Positions 9,180-18,928 of a stretch of DNA of 64,000 nt are shown here, one piece after another; the stretch's first letter is position 1, and each line of letters starts with the position of its first letter. The translations under genes and the position numbers were made by a program. The notes beneath the pieces are model-generated. The model was given only the letters and a program-made list of their open reading frames with translations. It did not search any database and was not told the origin of the DNA. Source of the stretch: Alphaproteobacteria bacterium (lineage in GTDB: Bacteria; Pseudomonadota; Alphaproteobacteria; MPNO01; UBA830); contig OZ251539.1 in assembly GCA_965243135.1 (NCBI GenBank), positions 4,288,001 through 4,352,000 on the forward strand, written 5' to 3'.

Positions 9180-9518
9180 ATGGAAATAAAGACGGAAAGG
9201 GAAAGCGGCGCGCTGATTGCGTGCGCGGAGGGGCGCATCGACGGCGTCAACGCGAGGGACTTCGAGGATGCGATAACGGCAGCGATCGGCGATACCGAAC
9301 GCGTCGTGATTATCGACCTCGAATATCTGTCCTACATCAGCAGCGCAGGCCTCCGGGCCATTCTGCTGACCGCCAAGAATCTATGGAAACGGAACGCGAA
9401 ATTCGCGCTCTGCTCGCTCCCGGATCCCATCAGGGAAATCGTCGAGGTCGCCGGTTTCGACAAGATCATTCCGGTTCACCCCGACCGGGCGCAGGCCGTC
9501 GCCGCGCTTTCCGCCTGA
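9180..9518 (+). CDS. STAS domain anti-sigma factor antagonist
   Basis: GRIDGVNA...DLEYLSYISSAGLRAIL (phosphorylatable Ser motif); GGAG RBS upstream. Confidence 0.92.
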   Translation: MEIKTERESGALIACAEGRIDGVNARDFEDAITAAIGDTERVVIIDLEYLSYISSAGLRAILLTAKNLWKRNAKFALCSLPDPIREIVEVAGFDKIIPVHPDRAQAVAALSA

Positions 9519-9723
9519 TTCCCTCGGCCGCCGAGCGCGGCACCCTCCCGGCGCCGCGGGCGTCGAATCCGTTTGGCGCGCTCGTCGCGGCCGCGCCGGC
9601 CCGCGTGGCTGGCCAACCTCGAAGGTTGCTTGCTGTCCGCCGCCTGATCCGGCGGCGTGCGTAGCGCGCCTCGAACTTGACGGGGCGCTTGAGCCGGGCA
9701 CGGCGTCTTTCCTATAGTGGCCG

Positions 9724-9844
9724 ACGCCGCCGGGTAGGCCGGGTAATAGGGGAAACCCGAATCGCTCGTGTTCCCGGTAGATGGTTTGTCGGCTTCGTCC
9801 GGCCAGCGTACTGGATCGAGGGTGGCGTCTCGTCCCGGCGGCAT
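9724..9844 (-). ncRNA. Putative structured RNA element (~120 nt), unassigned
   Basis: Ends pair as an 11-bp stem on the minus strand (AUGCCGCCGGG / CCCGGCGGCGU, one G-U) enclosing hairpins CGAG..CUCG, CCAG-UACG-CUGG, CGG..CCG and CCGGG..CCCGG. Begins exactly at the inferred end of the upstream gene. Folded by eye. Confidence 0.4.
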
Positions 9845-10170
9845 TGTTCCACCTTTCCTTCGAGAACCTTGTACCGATCCTGTATGAAGTTGTGACGCTC
9901 CACATAACCCGCAGTGACGATGGAGTTCGTAGCCCTTCGCGGCTTGTTTCCTGCTTTGTCGCGCTGCGTCTCCTTGTAGCGTACGACGATCTTGCCCTTT
10001 TTGAGCGGTCCGCACGCCGGGATTGAAAACGTAGAGCAGCGCCTTGCCTCCGTTCCCGCCCTGCCCTCGGTGCCGAGCAGCACCGCCTCGGGGTTCGCCT
10101 CGGGCAGGCAGTCGAAGTCCGCGGCAGTCAGTTTCGTGCCTTTCTCCATCGAGCGTACGGCGAGATGCAC
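9844..10170 (-). pseudogene. Decayed phage MuF/gpF C-terminal (BECR-like nuclease) domain
   Basis: HL...KGTKLTAADFDCLPEANPEAVLL / (other frame) GKALLYVFNPG / KGKIVVRY...TNSIVTAGYVERHNFIQDRYKVLEGKVE. Two compensating frameshifts; CAA sits where a TAA is expected. Family recalled from memory. Confidence 0.5.
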
Positions 10171-10464
10171 CTCGGTTTACCGCAGTTTCCGCTAACTCCT
10201 GCGCCGAGAGTTGACAACGGTGGAATCGAACGGCCTTTCAAGCGGGGGGCGTTGCGTCGAAGAACCGCCGGAACGCGGTCCCTGCGCGAACGGGGCGTCG
10301 GCCCGGTTCGCCTGCGAGCGTGCCTGACGGCGGCTTGCGCTACGGCGTCGCGCGGGAGACCGTTTTTCCGACCTTCCTCGCCCGGACATCCATTTTCCAC
10401 GCTGGCGGCGTTTTTTCGCCCGAACCGCCCTCGCGCCGCCCGTCCCCTGTCGCCTTCGGGGAAG

Positions 10465-10493
10465 AAAAAAGCGGCGCCCAAGGGGCGCCGCTT
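10465..10493 (-). terminator. Rho-independent terminator of pstS
   Basis: GCGGCGCCC-N3-GGGCGCCGC stem followed by T6 on the minus strand, 25 nt after the pstS stop. Confidence 0.9.
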
Positions 10494-10518
10494 CAGAGAT
10501 CGATGCTCGCAAACCAGT

Positions 10519-11559
10519 CTACATGGCGAGCGTGGTGAGACTGACGGCGGACGAGCGGGTCTTCTTGCGCTCGGAGTCGCCAAGCGGAATCAGTCCCTTG
10601 TCGGCGAGATAGCCCTCCGGTCCCCAAGCCTTGTCGGCCGTGAACTCGGAGACGTACTCCTTGATGCCGGGAACGACGCCGACATGCGCGTTCTTGACGT
10701 AGAAATACATCGACCTCGACACCGGATACTTGCCCGACGCGATGGTTTCGAACTCGGGCGCCGTGCCGTCGATCACGCTGCCCTGAATCCTGTCGGCGTT
10801 CGAATCGAGAAAGGAAAAGCCGAACACGCCGAAGGCGTTCGGATTGGCGACGAGCTTCTGGATGATCAGAACGTCGTTTTCGCCCGCCTCGACGAAGGCG
10901 CCGTCCTCGCGAATGCCGTGGCAGACCGCCTTGTACTTCTTCTTGTCGGCTTTCTTCATGGACTTGATCGCCGCGAATTGCTTGCAGCCGCCTTCCATGG
11001 CGAGTTCGACGAAAGCGTCGCGCGTACCGGAGGTCGGAGGCGGACCGAGCACCTCGATCTTCTTGTCGGGCAGAGAAGCGTCGATGTCGCTCCACTTCTT
11101 GTAGGGGTTGGCCTCGAGCGCGGAACCGTCCGCGTTCGCGGGAACGTCCTTGGCCAGCGCGAGGAAGAGCTGCTCGAGCGTCAGCGTCATCTGCGCCGAA
11201 GCCTTGGAATTGGCGACGACGATGCCGTCGTAGCCGATCTTGACTTCCGTGATCTTCGCCACCCCGTTCTTGGCGCAACGCTCGACTTCGGACATCTTGA
11301 TGCGGCGCGACGCGTTCGTGACGTCGGGATGCTGCACCCCGACGCCGGCGCAGAACAGCTTCAGCCCGCCGCCGGAGCCGGTGCTCTCGACGACAGGAGT
11401 CTTGAACTTCGTCGTCTTGCCGAACTGCTCGGCGACCGCGGTCGAAAAAGGAAACACGGTGGACGAACCGACGATGCGGATCTGGTCGCGGGCCTGCGCC
11501 GACGCCGCCATCGCAAGCGATGCGACGGCGGCGACCGCAAGAACTCTCGTGGTGGTCAT
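10519..11559 (-). CDS. pstS: Phosphate ABC transporter substrate-binding protein
   Basis: Signal peptide, RDQIRIVGSSTVFPF, ESTGSGGG, GPPPTSGTRDAF; GGAGG RBS. Confidence 0.93.
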   Translation of the reverse strand: MTTTRVLAVAAVASLAMAASAQARDQIRIVGSSTVFPFSTAVAEQFGKTTKFKTPVVESTGSGGGLKLFCAGVGVQHPDVTNASRRIKMSEVERCAKNGVAKITEVKIGYDGIVVANSKASAQMTLTLEQLFLALAKDVPANADGSALEANPYKKWSDIDASLPDKKIEVLGPPPTSGTRDAFVELAMEGGCKQFAAIKSMKKADKKKYKAVCHGIREDGAFVEAGENDVLIIQKLVANPNAFGVFGFSFLDSNADRIQGSVIDGTAPEFETIASGKYPVSRSMYFYVKNAHVGVVPGIKEYVSEFTADKAWGPEGYLADKGLIPLGDSERKKTRSSAVSLTTLAM

Positions 11560-11669
11560 TTTGCCTCCGGATTGGTCATGTCGCGGAAAACGCGAGACAA
11601 GACGCGACATGCCGTCCCGCCTCCGGCCGACGATCGCCGCCGACAGGCACGCAACATACAACCGCAGAC

Positions 11670-11709
11670 AATACGGAAACGTTACGATTCCGTGAACTTT
11701 TTGTTGCGA
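11670..11709 (-). promoter_or_regulatory. Putative Pho box array
   Basis: Minus strand TCGCAAC-aaaa-AGTTCAC-ggaa-TCGTAAC-gttt-CCGTATT: four degenerate 7-mers at 11-bp period upstream of pstS. Confidence 0.55.
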
Positions 11710-11752
11710 TCGCCCCCTTGCGACGACGCTTGCCCGGACGTCCCGCCTCCCG

Positions 11753-12757
11753 CTAATTCTTCCAGACGCCTGCCTCCCGGTAGTATTTCACGACGCCCGG
11801 ATGGAACTCCATGTTGCCTTTCTGGGTGGCGTATTCGAGGGTGACCGCGTCCATGTAGGGAGCGCTCTTCCGGATGGCGTCGAGATTCGACCAGAACAGC
11901 TTCGCCATCCTGTACATCGTTTCGTCGTCCATGCTGGCGCGCGCGGTCACGCCGAGAATGGCGTTGTTGACCCAGACGTCGGCCTCGTTGGTCTGATTTT
12001 CGCCGTAGGCGTCCTTACTGATCGCGCCCTTCGTCCTGCCGAGCGGCTTGAAGAAATTTTTCAACGCTTCCGAACCGTCGAGGGCGGCTTCGTTGGGCAG
12101 GCCGAGAAACCGGATTTTGGAGGTCGCGGCCACCTGCTGCAGCTGGGCGCAGGGATCGAGGCAACCGATGGTGTAGACGTCGATCTGGCGATCCTGGAAA
12201 GCCTGCAGGGCCGACGCGAAGTTCAGATTGACGCTCTTGAAGTCCTTCGGCGTGAGTCCGGTGACCGCCTTCACGAAAGCGAGTCCGGTGATCAGCTGGC
12301 CGCCCGAGGGCGGCCCGATGAAGGCGCGCTTGCCCTTGATGTCGGCGAGCGTCTCGATTCCGGAATCGGCGTACACGGTGTAGTGGTAGCCGCCGAGCGG
12401 AAACCAGAACACGGTCCGCAGCTTCTTGGCGAGTTCCTTGACGCCCTTCAGCTTCTTGTAGACCCGGGTGCCGTTCTTCATCCAGTGATAGGGAACCGGC
12501 GCCGTCATCGACATGTCGATCGACTCCCTCGCGACGTCGACCATGTGCTTGGTCGCGGTTCCGGTGGCGTCGACGGTGATTTCGAAGTCGTTCTGGTTCT
12601 GGTTGACCAGATTGGCGAAGGTCGTCATCACAAGGTACATCGACGAGCCGGGGGCGATCGTCGACATCTTGATCTGACGCTTCTGCGCCTGCGCGGAAAC
12701 CGCGACGAAGGCCGCAACCAGGCAGGAAACGGCGATAAGTCCGATGCGTCGAAACAT
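11753..12757 (-). CDS. TAXI family TRAP transporter solute-binding subunit
   Basis: Signal peptide, GIETLADIKGKR, FHPGVVKYYRE; adjacent to a fused TRAP permease. Confidence 0.9.
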   Translation of the reverse strand: MFRRIGLIAVSCLVAAFVAVSAQAQKRQIKMSTIAPGSSMYLVMTTFANLVNQNQNDFEITVDATGTATKHMVDVARESIDMSMTAPVPYHWMKNGTRVYKKLKGVKELAKKLRTVFWFPLGGYHYTVYADSGIETLADIKGKRAFIGPPSGGQLITGLAFVKAVTGLTPKDFKSVNLNFASALQAFQDRQIDVYTIGCLDPCAQLQQVAATSKIRFLGLPNEAALDGSEALKNFFKPLGRTKGAISKDAYGENQTNEADVWVNNAILGVTARASMDDETMYRMAKLFWSNLDAIRKSAPYMDAVTLEYATQKGNMEFHPGVVKYYREAGVWKN

Positions 12758-12785
12758 GTTTTTCTCCATTGCTCGTTCGAGTGAA

Positions 12786-14663
12786 TCACGCGCGGGCGAA
12801 CCGGCGCTCCGCCAGAAACAGCCCGGCGACGGCCGCGGCGCTCGCTCCCGCGATCCAGGGGTCGGGAACCAGCACCGCGATGCCGGCGACGAAGCGCGCG
12901 GCGCGCTGGCCCGGGCCGAGCCGCCCCAGCGAATGCGCGCCGAACGCCGTGGCGAGGGCCGCGGTCGATACGAGGAAAACGGCCACGCCCCAGAACAGCC
13001 CGACATAGCTGAAGCCTTGCTCAACCAGCACCACGCTGGGATGGTAGACGAAAATGAAGGGAATGAGAAAACCCGCGACCGCGAGCCTCACCGCGACGAG
13101 GCCGGTTTCTATGGGCTTCGACCCGGCGATGGGCGCGGCCGCGAAAGCCGCGATCGCCACCGGCGGCGTGACGGCCGACAGCACCGCGTAGTAGATGACG
13201 AACAGGTGGGTCAGAAGCAGCGAAAGCCCGAGCTTGCCCAGAGCCGGCCCGATGATCAGCACGATGATCAGATAGGCCGCGCCGACCGGCACCCCCATGC
13301 CGAGCAGAAGGCACCCGGCGGCCATCACCACCAGCGAGAGGAACAGGCTGTCGCCGGCGATCGAAAGAATCATCGCGGCGAACTTGATGCCGAGTCCCGA
13401 CATGTTGACCATGCCGACCACGAAACCGATCGCCGCGACGACGATCATAATCGTCGCGCAGGTGCGCCCGCCGCGGATCAGGGCTCCGAGGATCTTCCGG
13501 AACGACCGGAATTCCGGATAGAGGATCAGCGAGAGGACGAACGCGGCGATCAACCCGAAAAAGCCCGCGTTCTGGGCCGTGCGGCCCGTCATGAGGACCC
13601 AGACGATGACGCCGAGCGGCACGAAAAACGAAATCGAGCGCACCCAGTCGGTCGCGTCGAGCCGAACCCGCTCGGCCCGCGGCGTCGGCTGAAGCCCCTG
13701 TTTCCGCGCTTCGAGCCAGACGACGGAGAACAGGCTGAAATAATACATCAGCGCCGGAATGGCCGCGGCGGCGATGATCGTCAGATAGGAAATTCCGGTG
13801 ATGTCGGCCATCAGGAACGCCACCGCGCCCATGACCGGAGGCATGATCTGACCGCCGGTCGACGCCGTCGCTTCGACCGCCGCGGCGAACTTGGGGCGGA
13901 ACCCGGTTCGCTTGATCATGGGAATGGTGAAGACGCCGGTCGTCACCACGTTGGCGACCGCTGCGCCGTTCATGGTGCCGAAGCTCGCGCTTCCGATGAT
14001 GGCGGCGTGGGCCGGACCGCCGCGCAGCGGACCCGTGACGGAGAAGGCGAACTTCAGAAGCGTGGCGCCCGCGCCCGAGGCTTCCAGCACCGCGCCGAAC
14101 AGGATGAAGACGAGGACGATCTGGCCGACGACGGCCACGGGGCGCCCGAAGACGCCGTCGGTGCTGTACCACAGCTTTTCCGAAATCAGGAACCATTCGA
14201 CCTTGGGAATGTTCAGCGCGCCGGGAATCAGGCTGCCGAAGAAAAGGATCGCGATCGACAACAGGCAAACGAGGAACAGCGGCAAGCCGAAATGCCTGTA
14301 CGTCAGATAGAACACGACGGCGACGCCGGCGAAGCCGACGAGGTAGTCGACGCGCGTGAAGTCGACGAAGAAGTTCAACTGCTCGGCCATCAGGGCGATC
14401 CAGAACTGGTAGATCGCCGCCACGGCCGCGACGAGGCCGGCGTTGAGGCCGATCAATCCCCAGGAGACGTCCTTGCGCTTGACGTCCATGTTTTCGGTCG
14501 AGAAATACGTCAGCGAGATCAGTATCGGCAGCCCGGTCGTGGCGGCGCGCACCCAGATTTCGTCGAACACGCCGAAGCCGGCCACGTAGATGGCGAAGCC
14601 GGCGAGGGCGAGCGACAATGCGTCCGCCGCGAACCGGCTCGACGACAGTACGCGCTCCTTCAT
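12786..14663 (-). CDS. TRAP transporter fused 4TM/12TM permease
   Basis: GGPAHAA, ANVVTTGVFTIPM, EATASTGGQIMPPVMGA, VTPPVAIAAF. Confidence 0.93.
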   Translation of the reverse strand: MKERVLSSSRFAADALSLALAGFAIYVAGFGVFDEIWVRAATTGLPILISLTYFSTENMDVKRKDVSWGLIGLNAGLVAAVAAIYQFWIALMAEQLNFFVDFTRVDYLVGFAGVAVVFYLTYRHFGLPLFLVCLLSIAILFFGSLIPGALNIPKVEWFLISEKLWYSTDGVFGRPVAVVGQIVLVFILFGAVLEASGAGATLLKFAFSVTGPLRGGPAHAAIIGSASFGTMNGAAVANVVTTGVFTIPMIKRTGFRPKFAAAVEATASTGGQIMPPVMGAVAFLMADITGISYLTIIAAAAIPALMYYFSLFSVVWLEARKQGLQPTPRAERVRLDATDWVRSISFFVPLGVIVWVLMTGRTAQNAGFFGLIAAFVLSLILYPEFRSFRKILGALIRGGRTCATIMIVVAAIGFVVGMVNMSGLGIKFAAMILSIAGDSLFLSLVVMAAGCLLLGMGVPVGAAYLIIVLIIGPALGKLGLSLLLTHLFVIYYAVLSAVTPPVAIAAFAAAPIAGSKPIETGLVAVRLAVAGFLIPFIFVYHPSVVLVEQGFSYVGLFWGVAVFLVSTAALATAFGAHSLGRLGPGQRAARFVAGIAVLVPDPWIAGASAAAVAGLFLAERRFARA

Positions 14664-14830
14664 CTACGCGCTCCGCCGGATCCGCGCATCGCCGGGCGCG
14701 GCTCCCTTCCGGAACGCCGGAGCCTTAGGCCGGACAAGCTTCGGCGCTCGTCATGGCGGGCCGGTCGTCCCGGCCGGGCGCGGGTTTCGCCGTCCGCGGC
14801 ACGCGCCGCGTTTCGCGGAAACCGCGCGCA

Positions 14831-15745
14831 TCAGCCGTCCGCCGGCGAAGCGGGGGCGGGCGGTATGTGTTGACCGGCCTCGATCACGCCGCGCCGGATG
14901 TCCCGGGTTCGCCTGAACACCGTTTCGAGCGCCTCCCCGTCGCCGATGCGGATAGCCCGTTGCATGGCCGCGAGATCTTCCCACAAGCGGCCGATCATCT
15001 CAAGCACCGCCTCGCGGTTGGCGAGGAAGATGTCCCGCCACATGACGGGGTCGGATCCCGCGATGCGCGTGAAATCGCGGAACCCGGACGCCGAATACTT
15101 CACGACCTCGGCTCTGACGTGCTCCTCGAGATCGACCGCGGTTCCGACGATGGTGTACGCGATCAGATGAGGCAGATGGGACGTGATCGCCAGAACCTGA
15201 TCGTGATGCGCGGGGTCCAGAAAGTCTATCTGGCTGCCCGCTCTCCGCCACAATTCCGCCACCCTGTCGATGGCCGCCCGATCGGTCCCGGGCAGCGGCG
15301 TGATCAGGAACCAGCGCCCTTCGAACAGCGTGTCGAAACCGGCTTCCGGTCCCGAATGCTCGGTTCCCGCGAGCGGGTGGCCGGGGACGAAATGAACGTC
15401 GGGCGGAAGATGGGGAACGACATCTCCGACGATCGCGGCCTTGACCGAACCGACGTCGGTCACGATGGCCCCCGGCTTCAGGGCCGGCGCGATCGCCGAC
15501 GCGACGGCGGCGTAGGTGGACACCGGCGTGCAGATCATCACCAGGTCCGCGTCGAGCGCCGCTTCCGCCGGGTCCGTCGTGACCTCGTCCGCGATGCCGA
15601 GGGACCGCGCCGCCGCAAGGGTCTTCTCGGTGCGCGCGCAGGCGACGATCGTGCGCGCCAGCGCGTCGCGCCGGATCACGCGCGCGATCGACGATCCGAT
15701 CAGCCCTATTCCGATCAGGGCGACCCGGTCGAACAACGCGCTCAT
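14831..15745 (-). CDS. tyrC: Prephenate/arogenate (cyclohexadienyl) dehydrogenase
   Basis: GIGLIGSS, TDVGSVK, HPLAGTEHSGP, SHLPHL, GFRDFTRIA. Confidence 0.93.
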   Translation of the reverse strand: MSALFDRVALIGIGLIGSSIARVIRRDALARTIVACARTEKTLAAARSLGIADEVTTDPAEAALDADLVMICTPVSTYAAVASAIAPALKPGAIVTDVGSVKAAIVGDVVPHLPPDVHFVPGHPLAGTEHSGPEAGFDTLFEGRWFLITPLPGTDRAAIDRVAELWRRAGSQIDFLDPAHHDQVLAITSHLPHLIAYTIVGTAVDLEEHVRAEVVKYSASGFRDFTRIAGSDPVMWRDIFLANREAVLEMIGRLWEDLAAMQRAIRIGDGEALETVFRRTRDIRRGVIEAGQHIPPAPASPADG

Positions 15746-16836
15746 CCAGCGCCCATGAATTCCGCGACCGCGTCCGCCGTCGCCCGCATTTCGTCCTCAA
15801 GGCCGACCGTGATCCGGACGCCATCGGGAATCCCGGCGCCCGCGGCGCTGCGCGCGATTATTCCGCGCGCGCTCAAGAACGCCATCGCGTCCGCAGCCGT
15901 CCGCCCCGGCGTCGCCGGGAAACGGGCGAGCGCGAAGTTTCCCGCGCTTGGAACGACGTCGAGCCCGGTTTCCGACAGCCGATCCGACAGCCAGGGCAAC
16001 CACGCCGTATTGTGATCGCGCGACCGCGTCAGGAATTCGACGTCGTCGACCGCCGCGAGGCCGGCCGCCTGCGCCGCGCTGCAGACGTTGAACGGCGAGC
16101 GGATGCGGTCGAGCACGTCCACGATCCCCTCCGGGCAATAGACCCAGCCGAGCCTCAACCCGCCCAAGGCATAGATCTTGGAGAACGTCCGGGTCATCGC
16201 CACGTTCTCGCCCGCGTCCACCAGATCCACGCCCGGCGAGTAGTCGTTGCGAAGCACGTATTCCGCGTAGGCGGCGTCGATCACCAGCAACACGTCGTCG
16301 GGCAGTTCCGCCCGCAGCCGCGCCATTTCGCCGGCGTCGATCATGGTGCCCGTCGGGTTGTTGGGATTGGCGGCAAGGACGATTCTCGTCCGTTCGGTCA
16401 CCTTCGCCAGAAGGGCGTCGACGGACAGCGTGAAGTCCTTCTCCGGCGCCTTCACCGGCGTCGCTCCCGCCGACATCGCGAGCAGCGGGTACATGACGAA
16501 GGCGTGCTCTCCGAACAGCACCTCGTCTCCGGGCCCGGAATAGGCGCGCACCAGCAGGTTCAGGAGGTCGTCGGAGCCGGCGCCGCACACGATTTTCTCC
16601 GGCCTCAGCCCGTGCCGCACCCCGATCGCGCGCCGCAGTTCCCCGGAATCGCCGTCCGGATAGCGGTGCAGGTCCGCCGCCGCGGCGCGATACGCTTCGA
16701 TCGCCCTGGGGCTGGGTCCCAGAGCCCCTTCGTTCGAGGAGAGCTTGACGAGGCGCGCATCGTTCGGAGCGCGCGAGTCGCCCGGAACGTAAGGCGCGAT
16801 GTCCATGATTCCCGGCTTGGGAACAAGTCCGCTCAT
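15742..16836 (-). CDS. hisC: Histidinol-phosphate aminotransferase
   Basis: KLSSNE, ANPNNPTGT, RTFSKIYALGGLRLGW; 4-bp overlaps on both sides. Confidence 0.95.
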   Translation of the reverse strand: MSGLVPKPGIMDIAPYVPGDSRAPNDARLVKLSSNEGALGPSPRAIEAYRAAAADLHRYPDGDSGELRRAIGVRHGLRPEKIVCGAGSDDLLNLLVRAYSGPGDEVLFGEHAFVMYPLLAMSAGATPVKAPEKDFTLSVDALLAKVTERTRIVLAANPNNPTGTMIDAGEMARLRAELPDDVLLVIDAAYAEYVLRNDYSPGVDLVDAGENVAMTRTFSKIYALGGLRLGWVYCPEGIVDVLDRIRSPFNVCSAAQAAGLAAVDDVEFLTRSRDHNTAWLPWLSDRLSETGLDVVPSAGNFALARFPATPGRTAADAMAFLSARGIIARSAAGAGIPDGVRITVGLEDEMRATADAVAEFMGAG

Positions 16837-17633
16837 CGGTCGACTCCCGTTCTGACCGGCGCAGGGTACGCGCCGAGGCGGACGGCGCCCGCCGCGCGTT
16901 CGACGAAGCGAGAGAGAGAAGCGTCTCCGACGAAGCCTTCGAGCTCGGCGAGAAGGAATCCGCCGGAGCGGGGACGGATCATACGCCGCAACCCGGTTCC
17001 GGCCTTCGCGGCCGCGGCGTCCAGCTCTTCCTCTCCCAGATCCGCGGGGACCGCGACCAGAGTGCGGTCGTCGCCGCTCTCCTCCGGAGCCAGGGAGGCG
17101 ACGCACAGCGCCGCGCCTCCGGGAGAAGCGAACGGCAGCGCCGCGCAGACGGCGGGGCGGTCTTTCCGCATATTCGCGAGAACGGTCCACCAGGGGGAAG
17201 CCTCGCCGTCTTCCGGCGCCGGAAGCACGCCGACCGCGGCGGCCGCGTCCCGGACCGCGGCCAGCACGGTCCGCGGCGATTCGTGAAGCGACAGCGCCGC
17301 GTCCGCGCCGAACCATTCCCGCGCCGCGTCCCGGCAGACCGGATGGCCGTCCGGCACCGCCACCTTGAAGTCTCCCTGCAAGCGCACCATCGCCGACATG
17401 ATCTCGCGCCAGATCCTCGCGACGGCCGATCCGGGAAACGGTCCCTCGTGCCGGCTCAGCAGCCGCCGGAGCACCTGCGCTTCGCGCGCCGGGCGCCAAG
17501 CCGGTCCGGCGCCTTTCGCGCGCCGGATTTCGGCGGCGGTCGCGGCGCGACGCATCAGCAGGTCGTGGATCGCGTCGTCGATCTCGTCGATCCGCCGCCG
17601 CGCCCCGGCAAGCGACGCTTCGTCTCCGGTCAT
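16833..17633 (-). CDS. Chorismate mutase (alphaproteobacterial type)
   Basis: RRRIDEIDDAIHDLLMRR, RPAREAQVLRRL, RIWREIMS. Confidence 0.9.
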   Translation of the reverse strand: MTGDEASLAGARRRIDEIDDAIHDLLMRRAATAAEIRRAKGAGPAWRPAREAQVLRRLLSRHEGPFPGSAVARIWREIMSAMVRLQGDFKVAVPDGHPVCRDAAREWFGADAALSLHESPRTVLAAVRDAAAAVGVLPAPEDGEASPWWTVLANMRKDRPAVCAALPFASPGGAALCVASLAPEESGDDRTLVAVPADLGEEELDAAAAKAGTGLRRMIRPRSGGFLLAELEGFVGDASLSRFVERAAGAVRLGAYPAPVRTGVDR

Positions 17634-17770
17634 GCTTCCTCCCGCCGCGCGGCGGCCGGCATATCCGTGCCGCAAGGCGTTCCCTTGTAATCGGCCGGCC
17701 GCGGGAAGGCAATGTTGACAGGGCGAAAGGGCCTCCCTAGCTATTCCGCCATGCCTATCCCTATTCTCGC

Positions 17771-18928
17771 ATGGCGGCCGTGAACGGAGAGGGCGCGTCG
17801 GGGAACCGCGTCGAGCTGGCGTGTGCCGCGCCGATGCGCCTGGATTCCGGAGAAGGGATCGGTCCGTTCACGATAGCCTACACGTCGGCCGGACAGCTGA
17901 ACGCCGACCGGTCCAACGCGATCATGGTGTGCCACGCCCTGACCGGCGACCAGTATGTGTGCAACGCCCATCCGATCACCGGCAAGCCAGGCTGGTGGGA
18001 ACGGATGGTCGGCCCCGGCAAGCCGCTCGACACCTCCCGTTATTTCGTCCTCTGCGCCAACGTGCTTGGCGGCTGCATGGGCTCCACCGGGCCGCGCGAC
18101 GTCAATCCGGCGACCGGCCGGCGATGGGATCTCGACTTTCCCGTGATCACCATCGGCGACATGGTGCGCGCCCACACCTTGCTGCTCGACAGTCTCGGCA
18201 TCGAGCAGCTCTTCTGCGTCGTCGGCGGCTCGATGGGAGCGATGCAGGCGCTCGAATGGGCCGCGCGGCATCCGGAACGCGTCTTCTCGGCGATCGTGAT
18301 CGCGGGCGCGGCGCGCCATTCCGCTCAGAACATCGCCTTCCACGAGGTGGGCAGGCAGGCGATCATGGCGGATCCGGAATGGCGCAAGGGCGCCTATCTC
18401 GGCTACGACACGAAACCCAAGGGCGGCCTCGCGGTGGCGCGGATGGCGGCCCACATAACCTATCTTTCGGAAGCCGCGCTCCAGCGCAAGTTCGGCCGCG
18501 CGCTGCAGAGCGGCGACGCGCTCAGCTTCGGCTTCGACGCCGAGTTCCGGGTGGAAAGCTACCTTCGACATCAGGGCAGCAGCTTCGTGGAGCGTTTCGA
18601 CGCCAACTCCTATCTCTACATCACGCGGGCGATGGATTATTTCGATCTCGCCGCCGGCCCCGAGCACGACGGCAAGCTCGCGTCCGTGTTCGAGGGCACC
18701 AGGGTCCGGTTCTGCGTGATCTCGTTCACGAGCGACTGGTTGTTTCCGACCCCGGAAAGCCGGGAGATCGTTCGCGCGTTGAACGCGGTCGCGGCCAACG
18801 TCAGTTTCGTCGAGATAGAGACGGACAAGGGGCACGACGCCTTCCTGCTCGACGAGCCCGAATTCAGCGACACCGTGCGCGGCTTCGCGGAAGGCGCCGC
18901 CGAGCATCGCGGGCTGCCCCCCGGATGA
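17771..18928 (+). CDS. metX: Homoserine O-acetyltransferase
   Basis: [40 protein letters not shown]. Confidence 0.95.
   Translation: MAAVNGEGASGNRVELACAAPMRLDSGEGIGPFTIAYTSAGQLNADRSNAIMVCHALTGDQYVCNAHPITGKPGWWERMVGPGKPLDTSRYFVLCANVLGGCMGSTGPRDVNPATGRRWDLDFPVITIGDMVRAHTLLLDSLGIEQLFCVVGGSMGAMQALEWAARHPERVFSAIVIAGAARHSAQNIAFHEVGRQAIMADPEWRKGAYLGYDTKPKGGLAVARMAAHITYLSEAALQRKFGRALQSGDALSFGFDAEFRVESYLRHQGSSFVERFDANSYLYITRAMDYFDLAAGPEHDGKLASVFEGTRVRFCVISFTSDWLFPTPESREIVRALNAVAANVSFVEIETDKGHDAFLLDEPEFSDTVRGFAEGAAEHRGLPPG

Noticed and set aside
17676-17770. SAM-II (SAM-alpha) riboswitch expected upstream of metX
   Set aside because: The leader is short and lacks the recognisable conserved motifs; only a TTGACA (17715-17720) with a weak -10 is visible.
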